From NCBI GenBank assembly GCA_964651015.1, contig CAZYYS010000023.1:1-29386 (forward strand): 29,386 nucleotides of DNA. The letters are read 5' to 3'. Source of the stretch: an uncultured Verrucomicrobiota bacterium. GTDB taxonomy: Bacteria > Verrucomicrobiota > Verrucomicrobiia > Limisphaerales > PALSA-1396. Numbering within the stretch: position 1 is the stretch's first letter; each line of letters starts with the position of its first letter. Shown here in pieces: positions 9,277-18,314 of this stretch. The position numbers and the translations under genes are program-made. The notes under the pieces are model-generated. The model had not been told where the DNA came from. It saw nothing but the letters and a program-made list of their open reading frames with translations, and did not search any database.

Positions 9277-12200
9277 ATGTTACCTGTGCGTTTGCTTTCA
9301 ATTCTGATTGGCTCGGTTTTGGTGTGGATCGAACCAACTTGGGCGCAGAAGGCTTCGAACTGGAGAGCATTCAAAGCCGAAGACGGTCTGGCAGAATCAT
9401 TCACCATGTCCGTCACGGTCAGTCCGCGCAGCAATGTCTGGGCGAAACATTCCGAGGCGGACAAGATCAACTGGCTTGACGGTTACGATGTGAAAAGCAT
9501 CCCCTCGCCCGGCCTGGGCAACTATCGCGTTTATGAGGGGCGAGCTGGTCAAATCTGGACGGTTTATCCCGGGGGCCTGCAAGAATTCCGGGACGGAAAG
9601 TGGTTGCAGTATCCAATCGCTGAAATCCGCGCTGAATATCAGACGAACGCCTTGCGGCAAACCTGGCCGATTTCGCTCCTCCCGCTGAAGCAAGGGCATG
9701 TGCTGTTTTTGCTCTCAGATCGTCTCATGGAATTCGACAACGAGTCCCAGCCGCGTGTCACCTTGATTCGCCAGGTCCATGACAGCCGCCTGGGAAAATT
9801 CTGGGATTTGATTGGTGCACGCGATGGCAGCATCTGGATCAGCGGTGCCCACGGTCTGAATCGATTGCCAGACCCCGGTCGCGTGTTGAAACCGGGCATG
9901 GACTGGGAGGAGTTCGTTTTGGGTGACTCGCTTCAAGTTCAGGATTTGCAGTCACCGCTGGAGGATGATCAGGGCGGCATCACGACTGTTGGTGAATCAT
10001 TAACAAGTCAAAAGAAGGCGGTGCTGGTCTATTTTGATGGCCGGCGGTGGACCATCAAGGAGGCGCGCGGCGAAAAGATCCGTCACGCCTGGCGGGATCT
10101 GGACAAGATATTTCGCTTCACCACCATCAATTCGCAGTTCCACTTTGAACCCGGCACTTCGCAGGTCATCGAGGATGAGGAAATGCCAACCGGCTCGCAC
10201 TTTGACGTGGCAACGGAATCCAACGGAGTTTATTGGCAGGCCACTTCGGAGGGCCTGTTCCGCTATGCACCGTTGACCTGGCGCACGCCAGTGGCCGTCC
10301 GCTCGCTGAACTCGTTTGTGCATTCAATGCGAGAAGATCAGGCCGGACGACTCTGGTTCGTCAACGCAAACTCCCTTAATGTGCTGCACCAGGACGAACT
10401 GAAAAGCCATCGCTTCCCGGACAACCTGCAAGTCACTTTTCAGGCAACGGACGCGCTTTCCGGTCTGCCGGACGGGACGCTCGTATTGGAAGTCGCCGGG
10501 CGGCTCTTACAATTTCATCCACAAACCGAGACTTTCCGCTTTGCTTCACACCCCGGCGCGGTTCGCCTGAAACCCATCGGCCAGTTAAACGACGGTTCAC
10601 TTTGCATCCGAGTCTTTCCCGCCGATGGAAACGGAGACGCTTATCGGTTGGAAACTTTCGACGGCAAAAATTTCGTCCCATTTCCAGACTCGCCGCCGGA
10701 TTTGAATCTCGGCAGCGACCTTGTGTTCCTGTTTACCACGCGAAACGGTGAACTGTGGTTGGGGGGAAACAGCGGTGTCGCGCGTTATCACAACAAAATC
10801 TGGCAGGCTTTTACCGCCGCAGACGAAGGTCCATCGGACGGGGTGTTTTGCGTCGCAGAGATTGAAGAAGGGAAGATGTGGTTTGGCGGGCGAAACAGGA
10901 TCTGGGAGTTCGATGGCAGGAAGTGGTCGATCGTGCAAACCGGATTTGATCGGGTGACGTCTTTGCTCAAGGGACGCGACAATATCATTTGGGCCGCCGA
11001 CAACAATGGCGTGCATCGATTCACCAGAGCGGTTGGTTGGATTTTGAATTCGGTCGAAGAGGGTCTGCCTGCCGCGGTGGTCGGCGAACTATTTGAAGAC
11101 CGGCATGGACGTATCTGGGCCGGTACGTCTCGCGGTCTCAGCACGTACCACCCCGAGGCAGATGTGGACCCACCGCGAACCCTCATCCACAAAATCATTG
11201 AGGAGAAGAGTGCTGCCGCGGAACCAGAGGCGACCCTGATTTTCGGCGGGCAGGACAGATGGAAATTTACGCCGACGGAACGCCTGCTCTACTCTTATCG
11301 GCTTGATCAACAGGATTGGTCGCCCTACCAAAGCCAGACCACGATTTCATATTCTGAGCTGAAGCCCGGGACGCACAATTTCCAAGTGCGGGCAATGGAT
11401 CGCAACGGAAATCCTGACGGTAAAATCGCATCGTTGGAGTTTGGCGTGGCGTTACCTTGGTACAAGGAGACCCGGTTGGTGCTCATTTCCCTGGCTGGGT
11501 TGACCGCCGCGCTGTTTTTCGCCGCGCTGGCGTTCAACCGGCACCGACGCCTGGCACGTAGTTATGCGGAGGTCGAGAAGATGGTGGCTTTGCGCACCGG
11601 TCAATTGGAAAAGGCGAATCAGGAGTTGTGGCAAAGCCAGAAAATGACGGCCTTGGGCACCCTGGCCGCCGGCATTGCCCACGATTTCAACAGCATCCTT
11701 TCGATCATCAAAGGCTCGGCGCAAATCATTGAAGACAATCTGGACAATCGCGAAAAAATCCAAACGCGTCTTGACCGCATCAAGACGGTGGTCGATCAGG
11801 GCGCCGGCATCGTGAAGGCGATGCTCGGCTTCAGTCGGGCCACCGACCAACAGCCATCGATGTGTGACATCAACGCGGTCGTGGAGGAGACGGCCAAATT
11901 GTTGGGAGATCGTTTTCAGCGGGATGTGCAGATTCAGTTCGAGCCGGCGGCCACGCTGCCGCAAGTCCCAACCGTCAAGGATTTCATCCAGCAAATGTTG
12001 TTGAACTTCATCTTTAACGCCGCCGACGCCTACGCCGGACCGGGACGTGTCATCTTGCAAACCGGCCAGACACCTCAACTGCCTGCGGACCTTGTGCTGC
12101 ATCCCATGAAGTCGGCCGGTTATGTATTTGTTGCGGTGCAGGACTTTGCCTGCGGCATTGCGCCAGAAATCATGCCGCGAATCTTCGAACCCTTTTTCAC

Positions 12201-12369
12201 AACGAAAGGCTTTTCTGCGCGTCGCGGCACCGGATTGGGCCTGTCCATGGCTTATGAACTTGCCCGGAAAATCGGTTGCGGACTGATGGTAGAATCCACC
12301 GTGGGAAAGGGTAGTACGTTTACCATTTTTCTGCCAGTCAGTGGAGCGTCCGCTGGCTCACCAGCTTGA
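9277..12369 (+). CDS. sensor histidine kinase with a large periplasmic Reg_prop (two-component regulator propeller) plus Y_Y_Y sensor domain, one TM helix, HisKA and HATPase_c
   Basis: 1030 aa with signal peptide MLPVRLLSILIGSVLVWIEPTWAQ. Trp-containing propeller repeats (GELWLGGNSGVARYHNKIW, GKMWFGGRNRIWEFDGRKW, GRIWAGTSRGLSTYHP). Y_Y_Y-like segment (LLYSYRLDQQDWSPYQ ... ISYSELKPGTHNFQVRAMD). TM helix LVLISLAGLTAALFFAALAF at aa 733-753. H-box AHDFNS at aa 801. G2 box GTGLGLSMAYELARKIG. TGA stop. Confidence 0.9.
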   Translation: MLPVRLLSILIGSVLVWIEPTWAQKASNWRAFKAEDGLAESFTMSVTVSPRSNVWAKHSEADKINWLDGYDVKSIPSPGLGNYRVYEGRAGQIWTVYPGGLQEFRDGKWLQYPIAEIRAEYQTNALRQTWPISLLPLKQGHVLFLLSDRLMEFDNESQPRVTLIRQVHDSRLGKFWDLIGARDGSIWISGAHGLNRLPDPGRVLKPGMDWEEFVLGDSLQVQDLQSPLEDDQGGITTVGESLTSQKKAVLVYFDGRRWTIKEARGEKIRHAWRDLDKIFRFTTINSQFHFEPGTSQVIEDEEMPTGSHFDVATESNGVYWQATSEGLFRYAPLTWRTPVAVRSLNSFVHSMREDQAGRLWFVNANSLNVLHQDELKSHRFPDNLQVTFQATDALSGLPDGTLVLEVAGRLLQFHPQTETFRFASHPGAVRLKPIGQLNDGSLCIRVFPADGNGDAYRLETFDGKNFVPFPDSPPDLNLGSDLVFLFTTRNGELWLGGNSGVARYHNKIWQAFTAADEGPSDGVFCVAEIEEGKMWFGGRNRIWEFDGRKWSIVQTGFDRVTSLLKGRDNIIWAADNNGVHRFTRAVGWILNSVEEGLPAAVVGELFEDRHGRIWAGTSRGLSTYHPEADVDPPRTLIHKIIEEKSAAAEPEATLIFGGQDRWKFTPTERLLYSYRLDQQDWSPYQSQTTISYSELKPGTHNFQVRAMDRNGNPDGKIASLEFGVALPWYKETRLVLISLAGLTAALFFAALAFNRHRRLARSYAEVEKMVALRTGQLEKANQELWQSQKMTALGTLAAGIAHDFNSILSIIKGSAQIIEDNLDNREKIQTRLDRIKTVVDQGAGIVKAMLGFSRATDQQPSMCDINAVVEETAKLLGDRFQRDVQIQFEPAATLPQVPTVKDFIQQMLLNFIFNAADAYAGPGRVILQTGQTPQLPADLVLHPMKSAGYVFVAVQDFACGIAPEIMPRIFEPFFTTKGFSARRGTGLGLSMAYELARKIGCGLMVESTVGKGSTFTIFLPVSGASAGSPA

Positions 12370-12402
12370 ATCACACAAAACGATCAGCATAATTCCAATA
12401 CC

Positions 12403-13059
12403 GTGCCGGGCATGAGCGAGAAATATATTCTCATTGTTGAAGACGACGATCTCCAGTACGAGATTTACGAGGATGCGTTGGCCAAATACACACTGGTGCG
12501 AGCACAAAGTGGCAGCGCGGCCCTGCGCATCATCGCCAAAAATCCGCCTGCCTTGTTGATTCTCGATCACGTACTGGCGGAGGGCGAACTGGGCCTGGAT
12601 TTTCTGCCGCAATTCAAAGAGTTGCTGCCGTTTGTTCCCATCATCGTGGTTTCCGGCGCCTTGGAAGTGCATCAGCAGATGCACGCGTTGCAAGGGCCGC
12701 GTCGCGCCCATTATTGCATCACCAAACCCGTCGATGTGCGCGAGTTGAAACAAACCGTCACGACCGCGCTGAAGGAATGTGGCGAGGCTGAGGTCGTTCG
12801 CCAATTCGAGGCATTGGAGCGCTCCAAGCGAGTTGACGCCTTGGAATTATTCAGCCGCTCGACCGACCGTTTGAGCCGGCAGAACCAAATCCGCCAGTTT
12901 CTCGCCCGATCCAAGGAGCGTCCCAACATTTCCGCGTTGGCCCGGGAGCATGGAGTTGCACGTCGCACGATCATCCGCGATCTACAGGAACTGATTCGTC
13001 GCGGCCAACTCGATCCGGAGGTTTACCCCGAATGGGAAAATCCGGATGAAGAAGCGTGA
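12403..13059 (+). CDS. response regulator: REC receiver domain plus a C-terminal DeoR-like winged HTH
   Basis: ILIVEDDD acidic pocket, LLILDHVL phospho-acceptor Asp, VVSGA, ITKP Lys. C-terminal ISALAREHGVARRTIIRDLQELIRRGQL is HTH-like. GTG at 12403 as in the ORF track; ATG at 12412 (MSEKYILIVEDDD) is the more likely start. It lies 33 bp downstream of the kinase. Confidence 0.85.
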   Translation: MPGMSEKYILIVEDDDLQYEIYEDALAKYTLVRAQSGSAALRIIAKNPPALLILDHVLAEGELGLDFLPQFKELLPFVPIIVVSGALEVHQQMHALQGPRRAHYCITKPVDVRELKQTVTTALKECGEAEVVRQFEALERSKRVDALELFSRSTDRLSRQNQIRQFLARSKERPNISALAREHGVARRTIIRDLQELIRRGQLDPEVYPEWENPDEEA

Positions 13060-13116
13060 GCAACTCAGGTTAAATCTCGATTCCTTCGCCAATACCTCAT
13101 ACCTTCTGGCCGATTG

Positions 13117-14973
13117 ATGAAGAATTTGCTCCGCGCCCTGCAATACTTTCGTCCCGACACTCCACGAATCACGGGTGTGTTCGCGCTCCTGCTCCTGAGT
13201 ACCGCTGCAAATCTTCTGAAACCATGGCCGCTGGCCGTGATTGTTGACTCGGTGATTGGGGAGAAACCCATTCCGCATTGGCTGGGCGAATGGAGTGGCC
13301 AAGCTGCCAAGACCTCGTTGGTGCTGGCACTTAGCGCCGCCATCTTCGCTTTTCACCTCGGCCACGGCCTTATGTCCGGTGTTCAGAATTATCTGGCCAT
13401 TCAGGTCGGATTGCGCGGCCTGCGGCGTGTTCGCAACGAAGTGTTTGCCTGCCTTCAACGACTTTCCTTGCGCTTTCATCAAGGGGCGAAAGCCGGTGAT
13501 CTGATCTATCGCGCCTCGTGGGATACTTATTCGTTTCAGACCTTGTTTCAGCAAGGCGTGGTCACTTTTGGCACTGCCCTGCTCTCATTGCTCCTGATGG
13601 TGATCGTGATGTCCCGGATAAATCTCGAAATGACTCTCGTGGCCGTGGCAACTGTTCCATTGTTGTTGCTCGCGATCAGAATATTCGGTCGCCAGATGCG
13701 CGAACGGAGCCGAGCAGCCCAACAGGCCGACAGTCAGGTGACTTCCCTCGTACAACAGAACATCGTCGCTCTGCCGCTCATTCAAGGTTACAACCGCGAG
13801 GATTTTGAACAGGCAAAATTCACCCGCCAAACGGCCAATGCAGAAACAAGCCGACTGTCGCAGCACGGTGCTGAATTGCTCTACGGACTGGCGATTTCAG
13901 TCGTCTTTGGCCTGGGCACCGCCGCCATCGTCTGGTTTGGGAGTGACCAAGTCCTGCAAAACAAGCTGACCATCGGACAACTCCTGATCTTCCTCGCCTA
14001 CCTGGCGCAACTCTACGATCCGCTTAGTCAGCTTTCTCACGTCGGCGCAACAATCTCAACCGCCAGTGCCGGCGCTCAGCGCGTCTTCGAGATTCTTGAT
14101 ACTCCAGAGGAAGTGAAAGATGTGCCACAGGCGCGGGCAATTCAACGCTCAAAGGCTGGAGATCAAAATCCACAAAGGCGTCAAGGAGCGGACATCCAGC
14201 CTCACGCCTCACGTCTCCCGTCTCACGTTGATGAACCTTTATCTGTTCGCGGTGAAATCAGCTTCGATCACGTTTCATTTGGTTACCAAAAGGAACAATT
14301 GGTTTTGCGCGACCTGAGCTTCACAGTGCGCACCGGTGAAGCGGTTGCCGTCATTGGCCCAAGCGGAGCTGGCAAGAGCACGTTGCTCACTCTGCTGCCG
14401 CGCTTCTTCGATCCCACTTCGGGCGCGGTCCGATTGGACGGAGTCGATCTGCGAGAGTTGCGCCTGCGTGATGTGCGCGACCATGTTGCACTTGTGTTGC
14501 AGGAGCCCATCATACTCCCGGCGTCCGTGGCCGAGAATATTGCTTATGGTAAATCCGACGCGACAGCGGCGGAAATTGAAGCGGCGGCCCGTGCCGCCAA
14601 CGCGCACTCTTTCATCGCGAAACTGCCGCAAAAATATCAGACCGTTGTTGGCGAAGGGGCCACCAAATTGAGCGTCGGAGAGCGTCAACGCATCAACCTC
14701 GCCCGCGCCTTTCTCAAAGATGCGCCGGTCCTGTTGTTGGATGAACCGACCAGCGCGCTCGATCCCGAAAGCGAAGCTCAGGTCATTACCAGCATGTTTG
14801 AACTGATGTGCGGTCGCACGACACTCATCGTCGCCCACCGCCCCGCCACTGTCCGACGCGCGGACAAAATTCTGGTATTGGAAGAGGGTCGGTTGACGGA
14901 ATTCGGTAGTCTGGCGGAGCTGTTGCGAAGACCGGGTTACTTTGCGCGGCTCGCCGACACCAAGGAGAATTAG
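13117..14973 (+). CDS. ABC transporter, fused permease/ATP-binding (MsbA-like exporter), with an extended low-complexity linker between the TMD and NBD
   Basis: Six-TM N-terminal half. Walker A GPSGAGKST, signature LSVGERQRINLARA, Walker B LLLDEPTSALD. ATG at 13117 (TTG at 13114 in the ORF track). TAG stop. Confidence 0.9.
   Translation: MKNLLRALQYFRPDTPRITGVFALLLLSTAANLLKPWPLAVIVDSVIGEKPIPHWLGEWSGQAAKTSLVLALSAAIFAFHLGHGLMSGVQNYLAIQVGLRGLRRVRNEVFACLQRLSLRFHQGAKAGDLIYRASWDTYSFQTLFQQGVVTFGTALLSLLLMVIVMSRINLEMTLVAVATVPLLLLAIRIFGRQMRERSRAAQQADSQVTSLVQQNIVALPLIQGYNREDFEQAKFTRQTANAETSRLSQHGAELLYGLAISVVFGLGTAAIVWFGSDQVLQNKLTIGQLLIFLAYLAQLYDPLSQLSHVGATISTASAGAQRVFEILDTPEEVKDVPQARAIQRSKAGDQNPQRRQGADIQPHASRLPSHVDEPLSVRGEISFDHVSFGYQKEQLVLRDLSFTVRTGEAVAVIGPSGAGKSTLLTLLPRFFDPTSGAVRLDGVDLRELRLRDVRDHVALVLQEPIILPASVAENIAYGKSDATAAEIEAAARAANAHSFIAKLPQKYQTVVGEGATKLSVGERQRINLARAFLKDAPVLLLDEPTSALDPESEAQVITSMFELMCGRTTLIVAHRPATVRRADKILVLEEGRLTEFGSLAELLRRPGYFARLADTKEN
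14199..14226 (+). repeat. tandem heptanucleotide repeat (CCTCACG CCTCACG TCTCCCG TCTCACG) inside the ABC exporter linker
   Basis: Read directly from the sequence. Two perfect and two degenerate copies encoding HASRLPSH, within an inserted linker of about 35 aa that typical MsbA-like proteins lack. Confidence 0.5.
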
Positions 14974-15005
14974 GTTGAGACCGCGTCGCCTTTGTGAAGC
15001 GGATG

Positions 15006-15030
15006 CTTCAACTTCAACTTCGGCTTCGGC
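15006..15030. repeat. short tandem hexamer repeat CTTCAA CTTCAA CTTCGG CTTCGG
   Basis: Read directly from the sequence, in the intergenic region downstream of the ABC exporter. Confidence 0.5.
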
Positions 15031-15034
15031 GACA

Positions 15035-15064
15035 GATTGGCTGCTGGAGAATTTGCAGCTTTTG
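15035..15064. promoter_or_regulatory. motif copy 1: GATTGGCTGCTGGAGAATTTGCAGCT
   Basis: Shares GATWGGCTGC ... AGAATTTGCAGCT with the copy at 15151-15175. Confidence 0.3.
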
Positions 15065-15150
15065 TCTGGCGACGCTCGGGGCTGGCTTTGACGCCAAACG
15101 CAGGCTGGACATAATCTTACGCCCAGAATACTGTTCCAATCGTGAAGCCA

Positions 15151-15175
15151 GATAGGCTGCAGAATTTGCAGCTAA
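15151..15175. promoter_or_regulatory. motif copy 2: GATAGGCTGCAGAATTTGCAGCT (contains the palindrome GCTGCA-N5-TGCAGC)
   Basis: Read directly from the sequence, about 200 bp upstream of the 15381 membrane protein gene. Confidence 0.3.
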
Positions 15176-15263
15176 TGTAACCGTATGCTTTTGCGTAGTC
15201 GCGTCATCGCATTGCCTGTCATCGCGCTTGTCGGGTTGACGGTGTCCACCATCGCCAGGCTTA

Positions 15264-15275
15264 GATTGGCCAATC
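15264..15275. promoter_or_regulatory. perfect 12-bp palindrome GATTGGCCAATC (same GATTGGC half-site as the motif copies)
   Basis: Read directly from the sequence, about 105 bp upstream of ATG 15381. Confidence 0.3.
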
Positions 15276-15380
15276 CAGTCGTTGCCAACGTTGTGAGCGT
15301 ATCAGAGGTGGCGGACGCGAAGCGTGTTACTTTGGAGTTCCTGGTCGTTAAGCTCTTGGTCGTTCGCTCAGAGGAAAGAC

Positions 15381-16184
15381 ATGACGACGGAGCATGGCAT
15401 CTACTTGACCCGATACGGTCTTGGCAAACTCATGGCCTTGGGCTGGGAGCAGTACCGCAAGCATTTTGCCTCCATCCTCCCGATCTTTCTCATTGTGTAC
15501 ATTCCCATCAACATAGGGCTATCCTTCGTGCCCGTGGACTACCTAATCGAGGCACATGGGCTTCGCGGATTTCGGATATACATGAAGCTGATCCAGCTGA
15601 CCGAGTTCCTTATTGGCGTTGTGGCAACCATGTCTCTTGCTAGGCTGATTGAGGCGTCTCTGATGGGCCAGCCGATCACTTGGAACCAGGCGCTTTGCCA
15701 CGCGCTTTCTCGCTGGCTTGCGTCCATTGGCACAGGCTTCCTGGCAGGGCTGATCGTCTTGGGGATGTTCCTGCTCCTGATCGTGCCCGGAATCATCTGG
15801 AGCCTGTACTACTCGCTCTTCGTCTACGTCGTTGCACTTCGGCGACTTTCGGGGAAGTCGGCATTGGACTACTCAAAGAGTATTGTCAAAGGTCAGTGGT
15901 GGCGAGTGCTCGGTTACCTTTTCGTGATTGAGTTGATCGGCGCCGTTGCCTGTCTCGCGGTCGCCGCACCGTTCTTCTTCACGCCTGACAACAGTATCCT
16001 TGACATCGCGTCTGACACACTCGTCGATATCGTATCAGCCTTGTTCCTGTGCATGACGACTGTCTTCTTCTTAAACAACGACAGGATGCGGATGAAGATC
16101 GAACCAGGCCCCGCCATGAATGGCGGCCCCGCCACGCAGCTTGGCCATCCGGCAGCCACCGGGGGGCCGCCATCGGTGAACTGA
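15381..16184 (+). CDS. polytopic membrane protein, possibly of the GP-PDE membrane-domain / DUF975-like family, with a Gly/Pro-rich C-terminal tail
   Basis: ATG at 15381 preceded by AGGAAAG. The ORF track extends to GTG at 15324. Four to five hydrophobic helices (ILPIFLIVYIPINIGLSF, FLAGLIVLGMFLLLIVPGIIWSLYY, LGYLFVIELIGAVACLAVAAPFFF). Family assignment is tentative. Confidence 0.6.
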   Translation: MTTEHGIYLTRYGLGKLMALGWEQYRKHFASILPIFLIVYIPINIGLSFVPVDYLIEAHGLRGFRIYMKLIQLTEFLIGVVATMSLARLIEASLMGQPITWNQALCHALSRWLASIGTGFLAGLIVLGMFLLLIVPGIIWSLYYSLFVYVVALRRLSGKSALDYSKSIVKGQWWRVLGYLFVIELIGAVACLAVAAPFFFTPDNSILDIASDTLVDIVSALFLCMTTVFFLNNDRMRMKIEPGPAMNGGPATQLGHPAATGGPPSVN

Positions 16185-16205
16185 ATCGTTTGGCGGAGGC
16201 GCACG

Positions 16206-16466
16206 ATGAGCCGACTGACGCAGCCGTTCAAATTTCCGAAAAAGCTCTGGCTGATAGCCAGCTTCGTTTGCTTCCTCTATTTGTTTTTCACTGCTGCCGT
16301 GAATTACAAAGGCGATCAGCCAACGGCTTGGCGGTCGCTTCTTGATGGTGAGATCGGTATGGGAGTGGTGTTCGGCGCGTTCTGGCTTGTGGTGGCGTTC
16401 CTATTCGGCGCTTTCCTTGCGACTGTATTTGGCGTCCTCAGACAGCTACTTTGGAGAGTGAAGTGA
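16206..16466 (+). CDS. small two-TM membrane protein (86 aa), hypothetical
   Basis: ATG 21 nt after the upstream stop. Two clear hydrophobic helices (LWLIASFVCFLYLFFTAAV; MGVVFGAFWLVVAFLFGAFLATVFGVL). Confidence 0.45.
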   Translation: MSRLTQPFKFPKKLWLIASFVCFLYLFFTAAVNYKGDQPTAWRSLLDGEIGMGVVFGAFWLVVAFLFGAFLATVFGVLRQLLWRVK

Positions 16467-16497
16467 GACCAGATGCAACCTCCGCCATTAGGAAGAT

Positions 16498-16512
16498 AGG
16501 CTGCAAAATCGA
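16498..16512. promoter_or_regulatory. motif copy 3: GATAGGCTGCAAAAT
   Basis: 14 of 15 identical to 15151-15165. It lies between the small membrane protein gene and mlaE. Confidence 0.3.
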
Positions 16513-16790
16513 TTCTGCTCTCAAGGGTGACGGCGCATTCCCAAGTCTAGCACTGGCTTTAGAACCTCGCCACCACCGAGGCCTAAGTCGTCACAGGTAA
16601 CAGAAGGGACTTCGCGAGATGGACACTTCCACACTTGCAGCCGTGAGTGTCTCCGTGGCGAATGGACTCGGAACAGCTTTGTATGGAGTTGTAGGACTGA
16701 TGGGTATTACGTGTAGTGAATGCCGGCAACCTTCCCCACTCAATCAATCTCTGGCCAAGCCCGCCGCCCTTTGCTAACGTTTTCGAGCCA

Positions 16791-17570
16791 ATGAATTTCT
16801 TTGCCAACAAGTGGATCGCGGACTGGTTGCAAGGTTTGGGGAAGATCACCTTGCTTTGCCAAGAGGCCGTTCAATCCATTTTTACCCGTAAAGTTTCCTG
16901 GCGGGATCTGGTTTACCAGATTCACTTCATCGGCGTGAAGTCCCAATCGGTGGTGCTCATCACCGGCGCTTTCACGGGCATGGTGCTCTGCGCGCAGACT
17001 TATTTTCAGTTTCACAAAGTCAAAATGGACACGGCCACGCTGGCGGTCGTAAGCGTTTCGATGGCGAGCGAACTCGGCCCGGTGTTGACTGCGCTGATGG
17101 TGGCAGGACGCGTCGGCGCCGCCATGGCCGCCGAATTGGGCACGATGAAAGTGACGGAGCAAATCGATGCGCTTCGCACCCTGGCGACTCACCCGGTCGA
17201 TTATCTGGTCGTGCCCCGCTTGTTGTCCGCCATCATTGCCGTGCCTTTGTTGAACGTCGAATCGATCGTGCTGGGAATCGGCGCCGGTTACTTTGTGGGC
17301 GTTAATCTGCTCGGCATTGACCCAACCTACTTGTGGTACAACGCGCTTAGATACACGGATGCCGTGGATGTTGTGATCGGTATGATCAAGTCCATCATTT
17401 TCGGCGGGATTGTGGCCGTCGTCGGTTGCTACAAAGGCATGAGTTGCGAAGAAGGCGCGGTAGGCGTTGGGCACGCGACGACGGAAGCGGTGGTGTATGC
17501 TTCCATCACCATCCTGATTTCCAACTTTTTCCTCACCATTTCACTTAACGAACTGCTCGGTTATTTATGA
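16791..17570 (+). CDS. mlaE: MlaE-family ABC transporter permease (phospholipid/lipid-asymmetry type)
   Basis: ATG at 16791 (MNFFANKW...); the ORF track begins at 16716. Conserved MlaE/YrbE core (SQSVVLITGAFTGMVLCAQTYFQF, ELGPVLTALMVAGRVGAAMAAELGTMKVTEQIDALRTLATHPVDYLVVPR). Four-nt overlap with mlaF. Confidence 0.85.
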   Translation: MNFFANKWIADWLQGLGKITLLCQEAVQSIFTRKVSWRDLVYQIHFIGVKSQSVVLITGAFTGMVLCAQTYFQFHKVKMDTATLAVVSVSMASELGPVLTALMVAGRVGAAMAAELGTMKVTEQIDALRTLATHPVDYLVVPRLLSAIIAVPLLNVESIVLGIGAGYFVGVNLLGIDPTYLWYNALRYTDAVDVVIGMIKSIIFGGIVAVVGCYKGMSCEEGAVGVGHATTEAVVYASITILISNFFLTISLNELLGYL

Positions 17571-18313
17571 TCGAAGTTCGCGATTTGAAAAAGGCCTTTG
17601 GTCAGCAGCGCGTGTTGGACGGCGTGAGCTTTCGGGTTGAAACGGGCGAATCCGTCGTCATCATTGGACGCAGCGGCGGCGGCAAAAGCATTTTGCTAAA
17701 GCATCTGATCGGGCTGATGACCTCGGAGGAAGGCGAGGTGCTCGTGGATGGTGAAAGCATTGGCCGCATGAATGAACGCCAGTTGCTGCGCGTGCGTCAG
17801 AAGTTCGGCATGTTGTTTCAGGGCGCGGCGCTGTTCGATTCGATGACGGTGGCGGATAATGTTTCTTTTGCCCTGCGCCGATCAGGAAAATGGACCGAAA
17901 TGGAAATCACGCGAAAAATCGGCGAAGCGCTTGAGATGGTGGAGTTGGCGGGCGTGGAGAACAAGTTGCCGGCGGAATTGTCGGGTGGCATGCGGAAACG
18001 AGTTGGTTTGGCGCGGGCAATTGTTTATCAACCGGAGATTGTGCTCTACGATGAGCCGACCACCGGGCTTGACCCGGTTGTCGCCGACAGCATCGATCTG
18101 CTCATCCTGCGCGTGTGCGAACGTCTGAAAGTAACCACCATCGTGGTTACGCATGACATGCGCAGTGCCCGTCGACTGGGCCAGCGCATTCTGATGTTGC
18201 ACGACAAAAAGATCTATGTGACCGGTACGCCGGATGAAGTGTTTCAATCGCAAGACCCGGTGGTGAAGCGTTTCGTCAACGGCATCTCGGATCCTAAAGA
18301 ACACTATTTCTGA
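17567..18313 (+). CDS. mlaF: MlaF-like ABC transporter ATP-binding protein
   Basis: Walker A GRSGGGKS, signature LSGGMRKRVGLARA, Walker B VLYDEPTTGLD. ATGA overlap with mlaE. Confidence 0.9.
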   Translation: MIEVRDLKKAFGQQRVLDGVSFRVETGESVVIIGRSGGGKSILLKHLIGLMTSEEGEVLVDGESIGRMNERQLLRVRQKFGMLFQGAALFDSMTVADNVSFALRRSGKWTEMEITRKIGEALEMVELAGVENKLPAELSGGMRKRVGLARAIVYQPEIVLYDEPTTGLDPVVADSIDLLILRVCERLKVTTIVVTHDMRSARRLGQRILMLHDKKIYVTGTPDEVFQSQDPVVKRFVNGISDPKEHYF

Positions 18314-18314
18314 A

